A DNA stretch of 64,000 bases from the human T2T-CHM13v2.0 reference genome, Homo sapiens. The stretch is from NCBI RefSeq assembly GCF_009914755.1, contig NC_060926.1; one strand, 5' to 3'. Under the pieces are notes generated by a model. That model was not told the origin of the DNA. It saw only the letters and a program-made list of their open reading frames with translations, and made no database searches. Position 1 is the stretch's first letter; each line of letters opens with the position of its first letter. This document shows positions 42,872 to 55,882 of the stretch, piece after piece. The position numbers and the translations under genes were made by a program.

Positions 42872-45800
42872 GACTTCATGCTGTTACTATTAGGCTTATT
42901 GTTTGGAAAATTAAGTGTCCTCTCTCAAAGAATAAATGTTTTCACCTTTTTTTGGAAATCTTTATCACTTTGGTTAAATGAATGACTTGTTTTACAATGA
43001 CCTATGATCAAGTGTTTTAAACCTTTGATATTTGACAAACTTTCCAAATCAAATTATAAACTATGTCTTTTTCTGGCCTAATTAATCCTTTAAGATATTA
43101 GGGTCCCTAAAGTCCAAAAATGACATATTTGGCTTATTTGGTATAAAAATTTTGCATGAAGCATTGTCAAATATGAAACAGTGTTTGGTTTTCTTTGGAC
43201 TGTATTTGTATAAATATGTTATTGGTATGTGTTCCAAAATTATGAGAAACTCCTATAATTCTGATATGACTTAATGTACATTATAAGTAATAATTATAAT
43301 TATTATGTTAAATTATTGTGTGCCACAGAGGTAACAAATTTCCTTGTCAATTGTGTCTTTGACTACGGCTGTCCTGAAACTTTTTGTCATCCACAAACAA
43401 TTGTCTTGTTTAGGTCCTCTTTAGAAGGTGGCTTCATAATCAACTATAAAACTCTAACAGGTGCTCTTGAATGCAGGTTTCTGGTAACTCTGGAGGTTGT
43501 AACATCAGAATAGAGGAAAAACTTTCAGGATTCACAGACAGCTGAAATGTTCATAAATACCAAGCAGAACAAGCATTAATTGCATGGACTAAACTAATAG
43601 AAGTCTGAAGTAATCTTTTTAAATTTTTGCATAAAACGTTGCTGATCCTTTGTTTTGTTTTTCAGAGTCAAGGGAACTTTTCTTTTGAGCTATTGACAGC
43701 TTTTAACAATTTAGTATACTCCTGTGAACAGAATTTGGAGCATACTTGTTTCTCTCTACCTGATTTCTCTAGAATTTGGAAACTATTTGTGAGTATTCTT
43801 AACTTATGGCAATAGAGTTATTTGCATAAGTGCAATAAAAATCTGTTTTCATTTGTAACAGTACACAATTGGAGAAACTGGTTATTTCACAAAGGCTTTG
43901 AGTGGAATGGTGTGCTTTCCTTTAAGGAATCAAACTTGACTTATGGAGCCAATAAAATCCCCTTTGGGAAAACTGGCCTCATGCCTTGTCTACACAGTAT
44001 TTGTACAGGGTTTCTGATCTGTGGTAAGTAAAGAATGTCACTTTCTGACAGGCCCAGGAGCCCCAAGTTTATCTTGGGACCTCAAGAAGAGAGGAATTCA
44101 CTCAACTCATAGGTATTTGATGGTAAAAATCCATGGCTGGGCTTGGCTTTACAAAAATCTCATCTGAGATTCCTTCTATGGAACAAAGTTCCATCAAAGC
44201 CAATTTAAAAGCCTATGTAAAAAATATATATATTCTGGCTGCAGTGTATACAAATAATCAGGCCAAGTATAATAAAGCAAATTAGTCCTACCATGACTTG
44301 TCTTTAGTAAATATGGGAAACTGAAGAGAAAAATTATATTTCAAAAACTATAGTACACCTGTTGTTAGATTCTAGTCTTGCCTAATGTTTTTCAATTTTT
44401 ATTATTTTCTACAGTTTGGACTGAATTCTAATTTATTTTGGCTGCAAGTCTTCAAAATAATGTTTTCCATTTTTTTCCTTCTTTTTTTCCCCTCATTTTT
44501 TCTAATTTGGAGTCACTGAAAACTAAGCTGTGTTTCTTTTAAGCCCTGTGAAATGAAGCCAGACAACTTAAACTTCAGAAGAAAATAACAGCAACCTATT
44601 TACATACATAAGCCACTTTCATACCTGCCTACTGATATACAGGCTTCAGAGTAATATGGCCTATGTCAATTTTCCAGGATTGTTGTTTTGTTTGTTGTTG
44701 TTTTTCTCTCTTCTTCCCCCTATTTTCTCTTCATAGGACATGAGAATTCAAAACATGCTAAAAATGAGCTTTCCTAATAACTTGGGACCTACCTGTCTAG
44801 GAATAAACCATCCTAACCATGAGAGATCAGACAAAACCTGAGACCACAGACCCATTTTCTTCTAAAATGCTTTCTCCAAAAGATTTTTAAAAAGAAAAGG
44901 GGGGAAATGTGAAAGAAAATAAATCTTGGGGCCCCAAAATCACTAAGCTAAAGGGAAAAGTCAAGCTGGGAACTGCTTAGGGCCAGCCTACCTCCCATTC
45001 TATTCAAAGTCACCCCTCTGCTCACTGAGATAAATGTATATCTAATTTCCTGCTTTGGAGAAGCTAATCAGAAACTCAAAAGAATGCAACCATTCATCTC
45101 TTACCCACCTATGACCTTAGAGTCCCCTCCCCACCTCAAGTCTTCCTGCCTTTGCTTCGAGTTGTCCTGCCTTTCCATACCGAACCAATGTTCTTGCATA
45201 TGTTGCTTGATGTCTCCTGTCTCCTTAGAATGTGTAAAGCCAAACTGTGCTCTGACCACCTTGGGCACATGTCATCAGGACCTCCTGAGCCTGTGTTATG
45301 GGCATTTGTCCTCAATCTTGGCAAAATAAACTTTCTAAATTAATTGATTCCTGTCTCAGATCTTTGGGGTTCACACAGTTATATCTCAACAAAATTGTAA
45401 AGAAATCATCCTGGATGGAGGCTAGAATTACAAAATGGTAAAAAGAAACATTACCCAGGGATTAGCAACCACAGAAAGCCTCATTCATGCCTAGGGTTTG
45501 AGGAACTTAAGGAAAAATGGTGTGTTTGCAAAGCCTGTGTTTACTTGGCCACTAAGACTGATGGGACCCCACTGGTGCTGCTGTTTTAATTATCATCTCT
45601 ACTTCTCTTCAGGAAGCTAGGAGCACACACTCTCATTACCCTGCAGGACCTGGGGAGCCTGAAGTCATGCATAGGTGTTGTTTTTGCTGCTGGAGCTAGA
45701 ACCCATGAATACTTCTTCCACTGGAAGCACAACCCCAGGCAGAAAAAAAAAGACTTCTTTCTTCCTTTTGTTTTCCAGCTTCTTTCCAGCCTTCTCTCCC

Positions 45801-46278
45801 ATTGACAGAAACAAACTGCAAGCCAGCTAGGAAGGGAGTTTATTTTGCATGTTTACAGCTCTGTATGATGCGGTGAGGGGGAAGTAAGGAAAGATGTTTA
45901 TGGAGTCAAAGTCCAATGGGCAATTAGCTGGCACAACTCTCTGATATATTACTTTTGACCAGGAAAATATAAAAGGGTATGTGGTTCTTGCTTTGAGGGA
46001 TCTTTGTCAGAACACCCTGGTTCTTCCAGCATTACATAACTCTCTAATCCCCTGCCATTTCTAAATAGCCCAATGTAAAAGCAGATATAAAGCCCAGGAG
46101 AAAGTGCAGGACTCAGGCACAGAGGGTGGGAGGAAATGAGAGAGTGTATTCATGTGGGTGGGGACAGTATCAGCTAATGGGGGAAGCTGGCCTTTTCTGC
46201 CACCAAACAGCTTTGGGGGATTTGACAGACAGGCTCTAAATAGACTTTTCTACAAACCCTTGCTGTGTAGATAAATGC

Positions 46279-47261
46279 TGTTGGGGCTCAGAATATGCCA
46301 CCCCAAAATATGACAGTAGTAGACCAGAATATGCCACCCCAAAGTGTGATGGTAGAGGACCAGAAAATGCCACCCCAAAATATGTCATTTTGGCATAAAG
46401 TTTATTTTCAGCTGATTATTTTTGGAAGCAGCAGACACAGGAGAAGCTCTAAAAACAGAGACATTATCCCTTTTAAGAAAAATGTACTTTTGTAAAGAAA
46501 TCTCCAGTTGTAAGAGTGTCTCTCTGCAGCAGGATGAGAAGGATGACTCTAAATCACTAGAAATTCTTATCAATGGGGAAGGCACTGACTTAAATCTGCA
46601 TAACAAACTTCACTTACCTTTATGGTGCTTTCCCTGGCCTTCCTTATTCCCTTCTTTCTTTGTTTCAGCTGAGGATGGTATTTGAGCCACTTCTTTGAGA
46701 TGTGCTTTTTCCCTGGGTATCTCCCATCGACACAGGCAGAATCTATATTTCTTAGTCTACTTGTATTGCTCTAACAAAATACCTTAGACTAGGTAATTTA
46801 TAAGGGACAAATGTATTCCTTAACAATTCTGGAGGCTGGGAAGTCCAAGATCAAGGTGCTGGCATTGTCTGGTGAGAATGGCTCTTTGCTTCCAAGATGG
46901 TGTCTTATTGCTGTATCCTCTAGAGGGGAAGAATGTGAGGTATTCACATTGTGAAAGGAATGGAAGGGCAAGAGAGTATGCCCTTCAACCTGGAGCCCTT
47001 TCATAGGGATACTAATCCTGCTCATGGAGGCTCTGCCCTTTTGGGAGATAATCACCTTCCAAAGACCATGTCTCTTAATACTGTTACCTTGGGGATTAAG
47101 TTTCAACATGAATTTTGGAGGGAACACCATTATTCAAACCATAGCACCATGGTTAAACTTTTGCTTGTTCTTCTCCTGTTAATCTATCTTTCTTTATAGG
47201 GGTCTATCCCAATTAAAATCTCAGAAAGTGTAGAGGAAGAATTATCTTTTTCCTCCCTTAC
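46279..47261 (+). mobile_element. MER34-group LTR containing a nested antisense MST/MLT1 LTR (~46745-47146)
   Basis: tgttggggctcagaatatgccaccccaaaatatg...cagcagacacaggagaagctc; nested ...ggaggctgggaagtccaagatcaagg...attcaaaccatagca. Confidence 0.65.
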
Positions 47262-47734
47262 AGTGCTCTCAAATATTCTCGTATCTACATCTTAATTTAG
47301 TTTAGACTTTTAAAAGAGTTCTTGAAGGACATTGGGTATCACTGAGTCACTCAGAGAGTTATGCTTTGAATACAGAAAGTTATAATTGATTTAGAAATTC
47401 CATTTTCTTGTATTTTACAAATAAAATTGAGTTCCTTGAAAGCCTGCTGAGTTTTATTATAATAACCATTCACAAAGCGGAAGCTAATTTAAAGTGAAAA
47501 GGAGGAGGCATTTTTAGTGTAGTTCTCTGACATTTTAGTGTAGTTCTCTGACATTTCCTTGTTTCAAATGGTCTGGGAACTCTACATGGTGAGTTCATTT
47601 ATTCAAAAAAGTTATATCTTATTAAATTGGCTTGGCACTGACAAATCCACTCGTTACAGCCTTTTAAATAATGACTAACAAATGAAACACTTTGGAAAAA
47701 ATAAATGGAATAACATAAAGAAAGGAGTTTATCT

Positions 47735-48076
47735 TTTTTTTCCCTTCAACTTTTATTTTAAATTCCAGGGTACATGTGCAGATATTCAGGTTTGTTACAT
47801 AGGTAAACATGCGCCATGGTGGTTTGCTGCACAGATCATCCCATCACCTAGGTACTAAGCCCAACATCCATGAACTATTCTTCCTAATGTTTTCCCTCAC
47901 CCCACCCACCCCCCAACAGACCCCAATGTGTGTTTTTCACCCCCATGTGTCCATGTGTTCTCATCATTCTGCTCCCACTTATAAGTGAGAATATGTGGTG
48001 TGTGGTTTCCTGTTCCTGCGTTAGCTTCCTGAGGATAATGGCTTCTAGCTCCATCCATGTCCCTGCAAAGGATATG
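47735..48076 (-). mobile_element. Short L1PA 3' end
   Basis: polyT, gggtacatgtgcag...ctccatccatgtccctgcaaagga; TSD aaag(g/c)agtt(t/g)atcttttt. Confidence 0.88.
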
Positions 48077-48200
48077 AAAGCAGTTGATCTTTTATATATG
48101 CAAGTTTAGATCTTTGAATATTTATCCATATGCTTATGAGTGTTTCAGACTATTAAATTTTTTAAATTTAGTTTTACTTATACAAGTAATTCATAAATAA

Positions 48201-48554
<354 letters not shown>

Positions 48555-48699
48555 TTAATGATTCCTCACAATCTCACTACATGAGAACCTCTGCTATTAT
48601 TTTTGGGTGTGTGTAGCATCCCATTCTTTTACTTTGCATTTACCTACATCTGTACATACATAACTACATGTTCTATTTTTTTAAAACTTTTACATAAGT

Positions 48700-49150
48700 T
48701 GGTAGATTGCAAAATTGGCCATAACACTTTGTGGCTCATCTCATCATTTGAGGTGAAATTTATTTTCCCACCCCTTGAATCTGGGCTAGCTTTGTGACTG
48801 GCTTTGTCGTTACAATGCAGAAGTGATGTAGTGCCCGTTGCAAACCTAGTGGCCGTTGCAAAGCTCAAGAGGCCTTGTAGCTTCTCCTCTCACTGTCTTA
48901 GAACTCTGAAATGAGCGTGAGATCAAGCCTGGGTTAACCACCCTGAGAATGAGAGATTACATGGAGAAAGGTCTCAGGCACCCTGTCTATTCACCAGGTG
49001 GTTGCAAATGTGTAAGTGAGTCCACCTGAGAATAGCTGCCCTGTAGAACCCAGCCCAAATTGCTGACCTTCAGAATTTTGAGCTAAATAAGTGGTTGTTT
49101 AAACAACTAAGTTTTGCAGTGATTTGTTATGAGCAGAAGCTAACTGATAC
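48700..49150 (+). mobile_element. MLT1-type MaLR LTR
   Basis: cccttgaatctgggctagctttgtgactggcttt...taagttttgcagtgatttgttatgagcagaagctaactgatac. Confidence 0.65.
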
Positions 49151-49643
49151 TGGAGCGCATGGCATGCAATTTCTTTTTTCTTTTCAGCCTCCTCATTTAT
49201 GGCTGTTCTACATGTGCTAGGAGCCTCTAAGTGCTCCTAGTATTTTCTTGTACCAAGAAAAAGAAGCAATGTGTAAGAATATAACAGAGGGGTCCCATAT
49301 GAGTGCAGCACACACCAGGGCTTCAGGTAGCTTTTAGTCTCCTGCTGGAGAGAGGTGTGCCAATCGCTCTGATGTAAAGGAGAGAGTAGTCTGGAAGTAG
49401 AGACACAAGGCTTCCCTGCTCAGAGATCACAGCAAAGGCAGAAAATGAGCCAGATAGTTCCACATGGCTGGGAGGCCTCACAATCATGGCAGAAGGCGAA
49501 TGAGGAGCAAAGTCATGTCTTACATGGTGGCAGGCAAGAGACTATGACATGAAATTTTGTAACATTTTTTCTTTACTCATGTTATAAAGAATTTTCCCTG
49601 TGAATACATGTAGACCTATCTTATTCTTCTAAATAGTTACATA

Positions 49644-49935
49644 GGCCAGGCATGGTGGCTCACGCCTGTAATCCCAGCACTTTGGGAGACTGAGTCAGGC
49701 AGATCACAAGGTCAGGAGTTCAAACCAGCCTGGCCAACATGGTGAAACCCCGTCTCTACTAAAAATTAAAAAATTAGCTTGGCATGGTGGCACGTGCCTG
49801 TAATCCCAGCTACTCAGGAGGCTGAAACAGGAGGATTGCTTGAACTCAGGAGGCAGAGGTTGCAGTGAGCTGAGATCACACCGCTGCACTCCAGCCTACG
49901 CAACAGAGTGACTCCATATCGAGAATAAAAAAAAA
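49644..49935 (+). mobile_element. AluS element
   Basis: Dimer; TSD agttacata. Confidence 0.93.
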
Positions 49936-50959
49936 CACAGTTACATAAATTTCCATATTATGGATCCCTTAGTTTATTTAATATTCGATTCCATTGTATG
50001 TATATATCAGCTTTTTTTTCCCATTCACCCCTTAGTGGACAGTTACGTTGTTTCTTCCTTTCTTCCTTTCCTTGTTCCTTTTTTGCCTTCCTTCCTTTCT
50101 TTCCCTCTCTTTTTGTATTATCAGTAAGTACCCCTATAGCTTTTGGAAACATTTATCCTATGGTGTTTTGTTCTTTGCTAATATTGATTATGGCATCTTT
50201 TTACACAGAATTTTAAAAAAATACTTTAAAATGTATCAATCTTTTCCTTATTGTCGTCCCTATTTTAAGTTTTGCTCTAGAGCAATTTTCCTATAAAAAA
50301 TTTTGCTCAATCTTTTTCTAATACAGGATTTTATATAAGTATCTGTGTGTCTGTGTATGTGTGCTTCATTTTCTTTTATGTGATGATCAGTCAGGTGTGA
50401 CCTCAAGAGGAGACACAGGAGTGGCACAGGAAAAAACAAAGTGTACTAATTCACAGGTCCTGGAGACAGGAGGACCATGTGGGAAAGGCACCAGGGTGGT
50501 CAGGAGGTGGAAGACAGGAGCAAAGAGAAGGTCTAGTCCATCCCCTTTACGGGGTTTTATGGGGAAGGGCAAGGCAGGGCAGGGTGAACAGTTTAGGACT
50601 GGCTAATGTGAATAATTGTGGAAGGTTTGGGGCTGTGGGAATGGTTCCTAGTTGCCTGGAAGCTGATCCTGGGATGTTTAAGGCAGAGGGATTTTGCCTC
50701 CTAGGGCTCAGGGGCCAGATAGAGGATTTATGGCCCCGCACTGCTTAGTTTATCATCACAGGTGTGCTCCAGGCTGAGCCCTTGCTATCTCTAAGCATGG
50801 CTAGCCCTGGGAGGAACAGTCTCTCTCCAGCCACAAAGATTTTTTTCTAAGATCTCAAAACAGCATAATGTACACAGAATTTTAAAATATTTATAATACT
50901 CTGTGTGTGTGTGAGAATCAGGTTTAGTTTATTGTTCTTCTGGAATTTATTTTAATTTA

Positions 50960-51896
50960 CAGTAGTCCCCCCACCCTTTTTTTTTTTTTTTTTTTTTTTT
51001 TTGGAGATGGAGTCTCACTCTGTTGCCCAGGCTGGGGTGCAGTGGCGCAATCCTGGCTCACTTCAACCTCCGCACCTCCACCTCCTGGGTTCAAGCGATT
51101 CTCCTGCATCAGCCTCCCGAGTAGCTGGGATCAGAGGCACATGCCACCACGCCCAGCTAATTTTGTATATTTAGTAGAGACGGGGTTTCACCATGTTAGC
51201 CAGGCTGATCTCGAACTCCCGACTTCAGGTGATCCACCCGCCTTGGTCTCCCAAAGTGCTGGGATTACAGGTGTGAGCCACCGCACTCAGCCTACAGTAG
51301 TCCCCTCTTATCTATGTTTTCACTTTCCACAGTTTCAGTTCCACTAGTCAACTGTGGTCTGAAAATATTACATACGGCAAATTCCAGAAATAAGCAATTC
51401 ATAGGTTTTTCAATTGTGTGCCCGTCTGAGTAGCGTGATGAAGTCTCTGGGTCCTGCCCCGCTCTTCTTGAATCCTCCCTCTGTCCAGTATCTCTGCGCT
51501 GTCTACGTGCCCATTAGTGACTCTGCAGCAGCCCTGGTTAACAGATTGATGGTTGCGGCATTGCAGTGCTTGTGTTCAAGCCACCCTTATTTGACTTCAT
51601 AATGGCCCCAAAGCACAAGAGTAATGATGCTGGCCATTGAAATATCCGAAAGAGGGGCCACAAAGTGCTTCCTTTAGGTGAAAAGGTGAAAGCTATTGGC
51701 ATAATAAGGAAAGAAAAAAAATCATATGCAGAGGTGGCTAAGATCTACAGTAAGAACAATTTTCTAGCTGTGAAATTGTGAAGAAGGAACAAGAAATTCA
51801 TGCATACCATCTACAGGGTTTGGTACTATCTTCAGCTTCAGGCATCCACTGGGGTTCTTGGAATGTATCCCATTTGGATAAGGGGAGACTACTGTA
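50960..51896. mobile_element. MER44/Tigger7-type DNA transposon with an antisense Alu (50977-51292) inserted at its left terminus
   Basis: TIRs cagtagtcccctcttatc...ataaggggagactactg flanked by TA; the Alu TSD duplicates tacagtagtcccc. Confidence 0.8.
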
Positions 51897-52694
51897 TAGT
51901 GTGGAATAGTGTATTTAATTTTCGCCAAATAGCCAATGATCCTGGACACCATTCAATGAGTAATTCACCATTTTTCACTGATTTGAAATGTGCCTTTATT
52001 CTATATTAATCTAATCTGCTTCAACTCTCTCTATCCCATTCGGTGGATTGGTTTGCCTGTTACTAGATCAGTAACAAAATGTTGACCACAATACCACAGT
52101 TGCTACCACTTTATGGTACATTTTGGCATTGGTAAAGTGTCAAGTTTTTTCCAAAAAATTGGTCAAATGTATATTTTCTCTCCCAAACTACTTTCAGAAT
52201 AAGTCTTAAAATTTCATGAAAGGTCATTTTGAATTTAATTAGGATTACACTGATTTTGTAAATGAATTTTGTCATCAATTGAATGTTTAACAACATTGAA
52301 TCTTGCTGGTGAGGATAATGATATGTTTATTCACACATTCTTTAATGTCCTTCAGTACAGTTTTGTGGTTTTCTTTTTAAATGTATTGCACATTTATTCT
52401 CTAGTTTTGCCCTCAGTATTTCATAGTTTTTTAAGCTATTTACATTTTGACACATTTTAAAATTTATTTTTGCTCTTATCCTAAGAAAATTAGTACTGAA
52501 AATAGTGTCCCCTAAATGTGGTCAATTTGGTAAACTTTTATTAATTCTAATCATCCGCCAGTTGATTTCATTGAATTTTTAGTAGATATTCTGGGTAGAT
52601 AATTGTATAATTTGAAATCAAGTAGAGTTTCCAATTTTTAATTTTCATTATTTTAGTTTATTTTTGTATTGAATTGGCTAAAAATGCTTACATG

Positions 52695-53068
52695 TTTGTA
52701 TTGGTCTGCTTGGGCTGCCATAACAAAACCCATAGACTGGGTAGTTTAAACAACAGAAATGTATTTTCTCAGAGCTCTGGAGGATGCAAGTCCAAAATCG
52801 AGGTGCCAGCAAGGTGGTTCCTGGTGAGGTTCTCTACTTCACTTGCAGGCAATCTCACACAACATTTTTTCGGTGCATGCATGCAGAGTGAAAAAGCATC
52901 TCTTCCTTTTCTCATAATGACACCAGCACTGTTGGATTAGGGGCCCATCCTAATGTCCTCATTTAGCCTTAATTGCCTCCTTAAAAGCCCTGTTTCCAAA
53001 TACAGTCACATTGGGGTCTAGGGCTTCAACCTATGAATTGTGGGGAAAACACAAATTAGTTCGTAACC
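52695..53068 (-). mobile_element. MLT1A/B-type MaLR LTR
   Basis: tgtattggtctgcttgggctgccataacaaa...ttcaacctatgaattgtgggg. Confidence 0.75.
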
Positions 53069-53868
53069 ATGTTGTTGAATAGTAACAGCACGGACTTTTA
53101 AAATCTTTTTCCATTTCTAAGTTAGTATTTAAAATAATATTTTTATGTTTTTCTCCTGAATATCTGAAAAAATAGTGTAGGCAAAATATGCAGAAGAAAC
53201 ATAGGGTTGATATAAATCAGAGCTATCACAGAGGTTTACTTGATGCTTATGCATAAACACCAGTTCACTGGTAGACAGAGCGGATGTTGGAAAAGTACTT
53301 GTTGGTTGACACTTATTAAAAATACCACAACCATTTGCTATTATATGTGTGTCGTGTATCTACAATGACCATAAGTAACTGTTTTTAATACCATGTAGAT
53401 AAATGGTTTCAGTTGAAAAATCATTTATTCATGTTTTTTCCTTTCATTCAGTAAAGACTTGCTGTTAGGCAGTGGGTGGATTTTAATGTAAATGGCATAA
53501 TCCCTGCCTGGTATTTAAAGACCTTGGGTTAGTCTCCTAGAACCAAAGTGGTAAATACTGTAATAAATAGAAATCTCTATTTCTTACTGGCTCAAAGAAG
53601 TAGGCAAAATATTATGGCTATAAAGTAGTGTATAATTATTGCTCTGTTATGAATTGAAAATGTTTTGGCAAAATGCCACATTTTAAGTAAAAAATAAACA
53701 GCTCCTTCTGAGCAACTCCCACTTAAAATTATTCTTTAAAAGCTCATTCATTAAAACAATTATATATTATGACTTAGGTAAAGTATTAACATGTTTGAGC
53801 CATGTGTAAACATCCAGCAGTTATTAGTAACCACCTAATCTCTAAAAGAGCAAAAATTAAAGACATGC

Positions 53869-54164
53869 GGCCAGGCGCAGTGGCTCACGCCTGTAATCCC
53901 AGCACTTTGGGAGGCTGAGGTGGGCAGATCACGAGGTCAGGAGTTTGAGACCAGCCTGACCAGCATGGTGAAAACTGGTCTCTACTAAAAATACAAAAAT
54001 TAGCTGGGCGTGGTGGTGGGCGCCTGTAATCCCCGCTACTCAGGAGGCTGAGGCAGGAGAATCGCTTGAACTCAGGAGGCAGAGGTTGCAGTGAGCCAAG
54101 ATCGCGCCACTGCAATCTAGTCTGAGTGACAGAGTGAGACTCTGTCTCAAAAAGAAAAAAAAAA
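53869..54164 (+). mobile_element. AluS element
   Basis: Dimer; TSD taaaga(c/t)atgc. Confidence 0.94.
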
Positions 54165-55079
54165 TAAAGATATGCATAATGAAAAAAACAAAAGATATTT
54201 GTTTCACGTATACTATGTATGTTGCCCTTTTTGCAAGAAATAGAAGACTTCAGTCTTTCTTCTTCTTTCTATCTGATGTCTAATCCCAAGGAAGCATGTT
54301 TAAAAAATTACTTATCAATTAAAATTCCATATTCTTACAGAAATGACTGGGCTCAGGTACCTTTGAGTCCAAATTTCTTCTCTGATCCTTGATAGCTGGA
54401 TGACCTTGGACAAGTTTCTTCATCTTTCCTAGCCTCTGTTTCCTCATTCATAAAATTAGGGTAATAACACATTCCTAATAGATTTTCTGTGAGAATTACA
54501 TGAAATAACCTATGTGAAATGCCTAAAACAGATCCCAACATGTAGAAGCTCAGTAGATGAAGTTATTTATTATTATTAAACATTGTCATGTTTTCCTGAA
54601 TACTGACAATTTGAAATATTTAACTTGTTCCTTAAAATGAATCTGGAAAGACCTTAAAGAGGCTAATTTCCAGCCATGATCTAAAAAACAAACAGAGCCC
54701 CAATTGAACTTTAGATTTTTACAAATATTATACAGAAGACTCCAAATTTTGTCCTTCTTAAATGCACCAAGATAACACAACATCCTTTGTTAGAGGTGGA
54801 AAATAAACAGCTTCGTAGGAAACAAGACTTTATCAAGCAATAATTTAGAGATTTGTGTCCTTTTTTTATTTTATCTCTTTTATTAAAAAGAGAAAAAGCC
54901 ATTCTTGATTCAGAAATATTTCTCAGATCATTATAGAATAACAATCAGGACTCTCCACCTTTTATTTTCATTGCTGGGTTGTAAAACATGGCTCTCTACA
55001 ATGCCTACTCCAGAAAGATATTATTCTACAAATAAGGGCTCAGCATGACATTTATGAGAAAGCCGGGGTCCTCCTGTGC

Positions 55080-55135
55080 AAAGCTGATTGGTGATCAGCC
55101 AGTGGGTTCCGGGGCGCTGCAAATAAAGGCACTTT
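55080..55135 (+). promoter_or_regulatory. NMS: Candidate NMS core promoter: inverted CCAAT (ATTGG 55087-55091) and TATA-like AAATAAA (55121-55127)
   Basis: Motifs with plausible spacing 130-170 bp upstream of the NMS ATG; function inferred. Confidence 0.45.
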
Positions 55136-55258
55136 CTTCGCTGGGCTGATCAGATGCAGGACAGAGGGTTGCCTCTGCCTGTGGACCTTGGGGAAATGCG
55201 CGGCTCCTGTCCTAGCAGCACCTGTCTGTGGCCAGCAAGGAGAAACCAGACTCTCACA

Positions 55259-55334
55259 ATGAAACATCTTCGTCCCCAGTTCCCTCTCATCTTGGCCATC
55301 TACTGCTTCTGCATGCTACAGATTCCCTCCTCAG
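55259..55334 (+). CDS. NMS: Neuromedin S precursor, coding exon 1 (signal peptide)
   Basis: ATG AAA CAT... = MKHLRPQFPLILAIYCFCMLQIPSS(G), the N-terminus of human prepro-NMS; donor CAG|GTAAGG. Confidence 0.97.
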
Positions 55335-55861
55335 GTAAGGGGAGCTTCCTCAGACTCCATCTGGCCTAAACTCTGAGGATGTCTGAGACAGACCTTGATC
55401 CCCCAGGGCAGCTCTGGAGGGAGTCAAGCTTTATTCTCCCCCGCCAGACCTTCTTGATTTCTGGCTGCAATTTGTTGGAACCTTTAGGAGAGGATCAAGA
55501 GAGCGAGATGCTGCAGCCTTTTACTAAAGGAGACTTTTCCCTGTGGGACTGTCTTTAAGCTGCTCCTGCCCTAGGGATGTCCTGAACATGTGTCGCTAAA
55601 ACTGAAGGGAAAGGCACTTCCTGGTGTGAGTTAGGGGAAGATCCCACTTGTAGCCATTTCTGCTCCCTGGATTCTGAAGAGACGAGGACAGAGTTGGTAA
55701 AACTGAGCTTACAGCCCCAGAGAGTGGAAATTGATGGGCAGTTCGAGAAGGGCGCGGGAGGAGCGCACACTGGAAAAAGGAATCTTTCCCAAGCCTTTCC
55801 ATTGGGTTTTAGAGAAGCAGGGTTCCAGAGTGTACCGGAAGCCGCTACCTCCCGGGGCCAG

Positions 55862-55882
55862 TGAGCTGTCCGAGGTGCTGAC
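55862..55882 (-). promoter_or_regulatory. RE1/NRSE (REST binding site) in NMS intron 1
   Basis: Minus strand GTCAGCACCTCGGACAGCTCA vs consensus NTCAGCACCNNGGACAGCNCC. Confidence 0.85.

Noticed and set aside
46288-46385. Three ~36-bp-period repeats (cagaatatgccaccccaaa) with variable linkers, superficially CRISPR-like
   Set aside because: Located at the 5' end of a MER34-group LTR, probably part of or derived from the LTR; linkers are short and related; eukaryotic context with no cas genes
47509-47556. ~20-bp tandem duplication (cattttagtgtagttctctga)x2, and a similar 12-bp duplication near 59139-59166
   Set aside because: Ordinary slippage duplications with no further structure
54200-55260. 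Circadian E-box, D-box or CRE motifs in the NMS promoter
   Set aside because: I saw no canonical CACGTG, TTATGTAA or TGACGTCA by eye; a PWM scan would be needed to claim weaker sites
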